Shown in pieces: positions 30,098-32,000 of a DNA stretch of 32,000 bases. Location of the stretch: assembly GCF_000015225.1 (NCBI RefSeq), contig NC_008698.1, positions 90,001-122,000 on the forward strand, written 5' to 3'. Below the pieces are notes generated by a model. The model had not been told where the DNA came from. It saw only the letters and a list, made by a program, of their open reading frames with translations, and did no database searches. Positions within the stretch are counted from its first letter, which is position 1. Every line of letters begins with the position of its first letter. A program made the translations under genes and the position numbers. The stretch is from Thermofilum pendens Hrk 5. Lineage in GTDB: Archaea; Thermoproteota; Thermoprotei; Thermofilales; Thermofilaceae.

Positions 30098-31093
30098 CTA
30101 AGCCTTCGCTTCTCCGGCGAAGAGCCAACACTTAACGTAGTGGCCTGGCTCGACCTCCACTTCGGGCGGGTCCTCGCTCCTGCACCTGCTCGTCGCGAAG
30201 GGGCACCTGGGCGCAAACCTGCACCCGGGCGGCGGGTTCACGAGGCTCGGCGGCTCTCCTGGCGGGACCTCCCTGTACCTCTTCCTATTCTCGGGGTCTG
30301 GGTCGGGTATTGCCGAGAGCAAGGCGCGCGTGTACGGGTGCAACGGGTTCCTGAGTAGGGTCTTCGTTGGGGCTCTCTCCACTATGTGGCCGGCGTACAT
30401 TATGAAGATCCACTCGCTGAAGTACCTCGTCGTCGATAGGTCGTGCGTGATGTAGATGAAGCTAATATTCCTCTTCTCTTGCAGGTCCCTCATCAACGTG
30501 AGGATCTCAACCCTTACGGAGGCGTCGAGCATCGATACCGGCTCATCGGCTACGACAAGGCTCGGCTTGAGTATGAGCGCCCTCGCTATCGCTACTCTCT
30601 GGAGCTGGCCGCCACTAAGCATGTGCGGGTACTTGTACGCAAAATCTTCTACCGGGGTGAGCCTTACCTCTTCGAGGGCCTTGAAAACCATTTCAGCCCT
30701 CTCCTCCTTGCTCCCGACCTTGTGTATGATTAGGGGTTCCTCGAGGATGCGGTAGATGTTCATGAAGGACGGCATGGCCCCGTATGGATCCTGCTGCACG
30801 AGCCCGGTCTCCCTCTTGTACCACATTAGCTCCTTCTCGGGCGTGTGCGTTATGTCCCTACCTTTGAACACGAGCTTACCGTCCGTGGGCTCGTAGAGGC
30901 GGAGGATAGTCTTGCCCAGCGTCGTCTTCCCGCTACCCGACTCGCCGACGAGCGATACGGCTTCGCCTGCCCTCAACTCGAAGGAAACTCCGTCAAGCGC
31001 CTTTACTTCCACTGTGCCTCCGAAGAGACCTCTCCGAACAGTGAACCACTTCTTCAGGTTTTCCGCCTTCAGTATAACCTTATCCTCGGACAC
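30098..31093 (-). CDS. oppF: Oligopeptide/dipeptide ABC transporter ATP-binding protein (OppF/DppF-like)
   Basis: Walker A GESGSGKTT, signature LSGGQLQRV, Walker B LVVADEP, H-loop ITHD, and the Opp-type C-terminal domain NPPPGCRFAPRCP. Confidence 0.9.
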   Translation of the reverse strand: MSEDKVILKAENLKKWFTVRRGLFGGTVEVKALDGVSFELRAGEAVSLVGESGSGKTTLGKTILRLYEPTDGKLVFKGRDITHTPEKELMWYKRETGLVQQDPYGAMPSFMNIYRILEEPLIIHKVGSKEERAEMVFKALEEVRLTPVEDFAYKYPHMLSGGQLQRVAIARALILKPSLVVADEPVSMLDASVRVEILTLMRDLQEKRNISFIYITHDLSTTRYFSEWIFIMYAGHIVERAPTKTLLRNPLHPYTRALLSAIPDPDPENRKRYREVPPGEPPSLVNPPPGCRFAPRCPFATSRCRSEDPPEVEVEPGHYVKCWLFAGEAKA

Positions 31094-31099
31094 TTCCCC

Positions 31100-32000
31100 T
31101 CACCTCTTCCCCTCGTGATACAACCAACACTTAACGAAGGAACCGGTCTTAAGCTCGAAGGGCGGGGGGTTCTCCCTGAGGCACCTCTCGTAGGCGTAGG
31201 GGCACCTCGGGTGGAACCTGCACCCGGGCGGCGGGTTTATCAGGCTTGGAGGAGCGCCGGGTATGAACTCCAGCTTCTTGTCCGTCCTCAGAGTTGGTAC
31301 GCTCGCCATAAGCTTCTCGGAGTACGGGTGCCTGGGGTTTGTGTAGAACTCGTCTGCATCCGCTATCTCGACTATCTCTCCCGCGTACATAACTGCTACG
31401 CGGTCCGCTAGCTCGCTGGTAACCGCTATGTCGTGGGTGATGAAGATGTATGAGAGACCCATCTCGTTCTTAATTCGCTTGAGCAGGTTGATTATGTTGG
31501 CCTGCGTGATTACGTCTAGCGCGGACGTCGGCTCGTCCAGAATTATTATGTCGGGGTGAGTGATTAGCGCCATAGCTATGACAGCCCTCTGCTTCATACC
31601 TCCCGAAAGCTCGAAGGGGTACCTGTCGGCAAAGCTCTCGTGTATCCCCACGAGCCTCAGGTACTTCTTCGCCTCTGCGAGGGCCTCCTCGGGGGACATG
31701 TTGTTGTGAATCATTAGGGGCTCCGCTACCTGGAAGCCTACCTTGAGGACGGGGTTCAGGCTGTTCTGGGCTCCCTGGAAGACCATGGAGATCTTACGCC
31801 AGCGTATAAGCCTTCTGAACATCTCGTCGCTGAGCTTCATCACGTCGTTACCGTTGATGTATATCTCTCCGGTGAACGTGTGGACGTTCCTCGGCAGGAG
31901 CCTTATCAGGGCCCTCGCCAGGGAGCTCTTACCGCAACCGGACTCGCCGACTATGGCAAGGGTCTCTCCCTTCTTAAGGTCGAAGCTCACGTTGTCAACA
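31100..32000 (-). CDS. oppD: Oligopeptide/dipeptide ABC transporter ATP-binding protein (OppD/DppD-like), N-terminus beyond the right window edge
   Basis: Walker A GESGCGKSS, signature LSGGMKQRA, Walker B IIILDEP, ITHD, NPPPGCRFHPRCP. The reading frame stays open to position 32000 (..VDNVSFDLKKGE..), so the track start at 31990 is an internal GTG. Confidence 0.9.
   Translation of the reverse strand, partial: VDNVSFDLKKGETLAIVGESGCGKSSLARALIRLLPRNVHTFTGEIYINGNDVMKLSDEMFRRLIRWRKISMVFQGAQNSLNPVLKVGFQVAEPLMIHNNMSPEEALAEAKKYLRLVGIHESFADRYPFELSGGMKQRAVIAMALITHPDIIILDEPTSALDVITQANIINLLKRIKNEMGLSYIFITHDIAVTSELADRVAVMYAGEIVEIADADEFYTNPRHPYSEKLMASVPTLRTDKKLEFIPGAPPSLINPPPGCRFHPRCPYAYERCLRENPPPFELKTGSFVKCWLYHEGKR

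Noticed and set aside
30216-30238. 23-nt exact repeat AACCTGCACCCGGGCGGCGGGTT at 30216-30238 and 31215-31237.
   Set aside because: Both copies encode the conserved NPPPGCRF motif of the C-terminal domains of the paralogous OppF-like and OppD-like ATPases. This is paralogue conservation plus shared codon bias, not a mobile or regulatory repeat.
1-32000. Looked for CRISPR arrays, tandem repeats, rRNA/tRNA genes, integrase/transposase genes, toxin-antitoxin pairs and known defence-system hallmarks.
   Set aside because: None found. No gap is large enough for an rRNA, RNase P or SRP RNA. No regularly spaced direct repeats are present. The only RHH protein has a NikR-type C-terminal domain, not a toxin partner.

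Overview
Compact, roughly 90% coding, GC-rich (about 55-58% by eye) chromosomal segment. It looks like a hyperthermophilic crenarchaeon (Thermoproteota); I cannot assign a genus without a database search. Archaeal signatures: A/T-rich TATA-like boxes about 25-30 bp upstream of many start codons, implying leaderless mRNAs; GGAGGTGA-like Shine-Dalgarno sequences before internal operon genes; a wyosine Taw3 gene; a GGR-family flavoprotein; a Pyrococcus-type ferredoxin; a GTPBP1-like GTPase. I support 33 protein-coding genes, almost all housekeeping. Left to right: (1) an isoprenoid-related minus-strand cluster of polyprenyl synthase, SAM methyltransferase, PadR and a GGR-like reductase; (2) TatD, a stand-alone biotin carboxylase and spermidine synthase; (3) a divergent Znu/Tro-type metal ABC transporter locus ending in a NikR-like regulator; (4) a metallophosphoesterase / nucleoside phosphorylase / Taw3 operon; (5) a membrane-anchored gluzincin peptidase, ferredoxin, IleRS and DUF72; (6) a multi-domain surface protein coupled to an extended CcdA-like membrane protein; (7) GH57 plus a small wHTH protein, inorganic pyrophosphatase and a GTPBP1-like GTPase; (8) a DUF72-SWIM fusion, a DUF429 RNase-H-fold protein, dCTP deaminase, endonuclease III, SurE and a NADH oxidase/CoA-disulfide reductase; (9) a small membrane protein coupled to two Opp/Dpp ATPases. 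I found no rRNA, tRNA, CRISPR array, transposase, integrase or recognisable defence island. By content this is an ordinary core-genome region, not an accessory island. The observations most worth a second look are regulatory or architectural: five helically phased GTGCAC palindromes in the metal-transporter promoter, next to an operon-encoded NikR-like protein; an attenuator-like small ORF, hairpin and U-tract upstream of ileS; a candidate C/D box sRNA with its own TATA box; a DUF72-SWIM fusion in a DNA/nucleotide-metabolism neighbourhood; and the surface-protein/extended-CcdA pair. All functional calls come from motif recognition by eye. No similarity searches were run.
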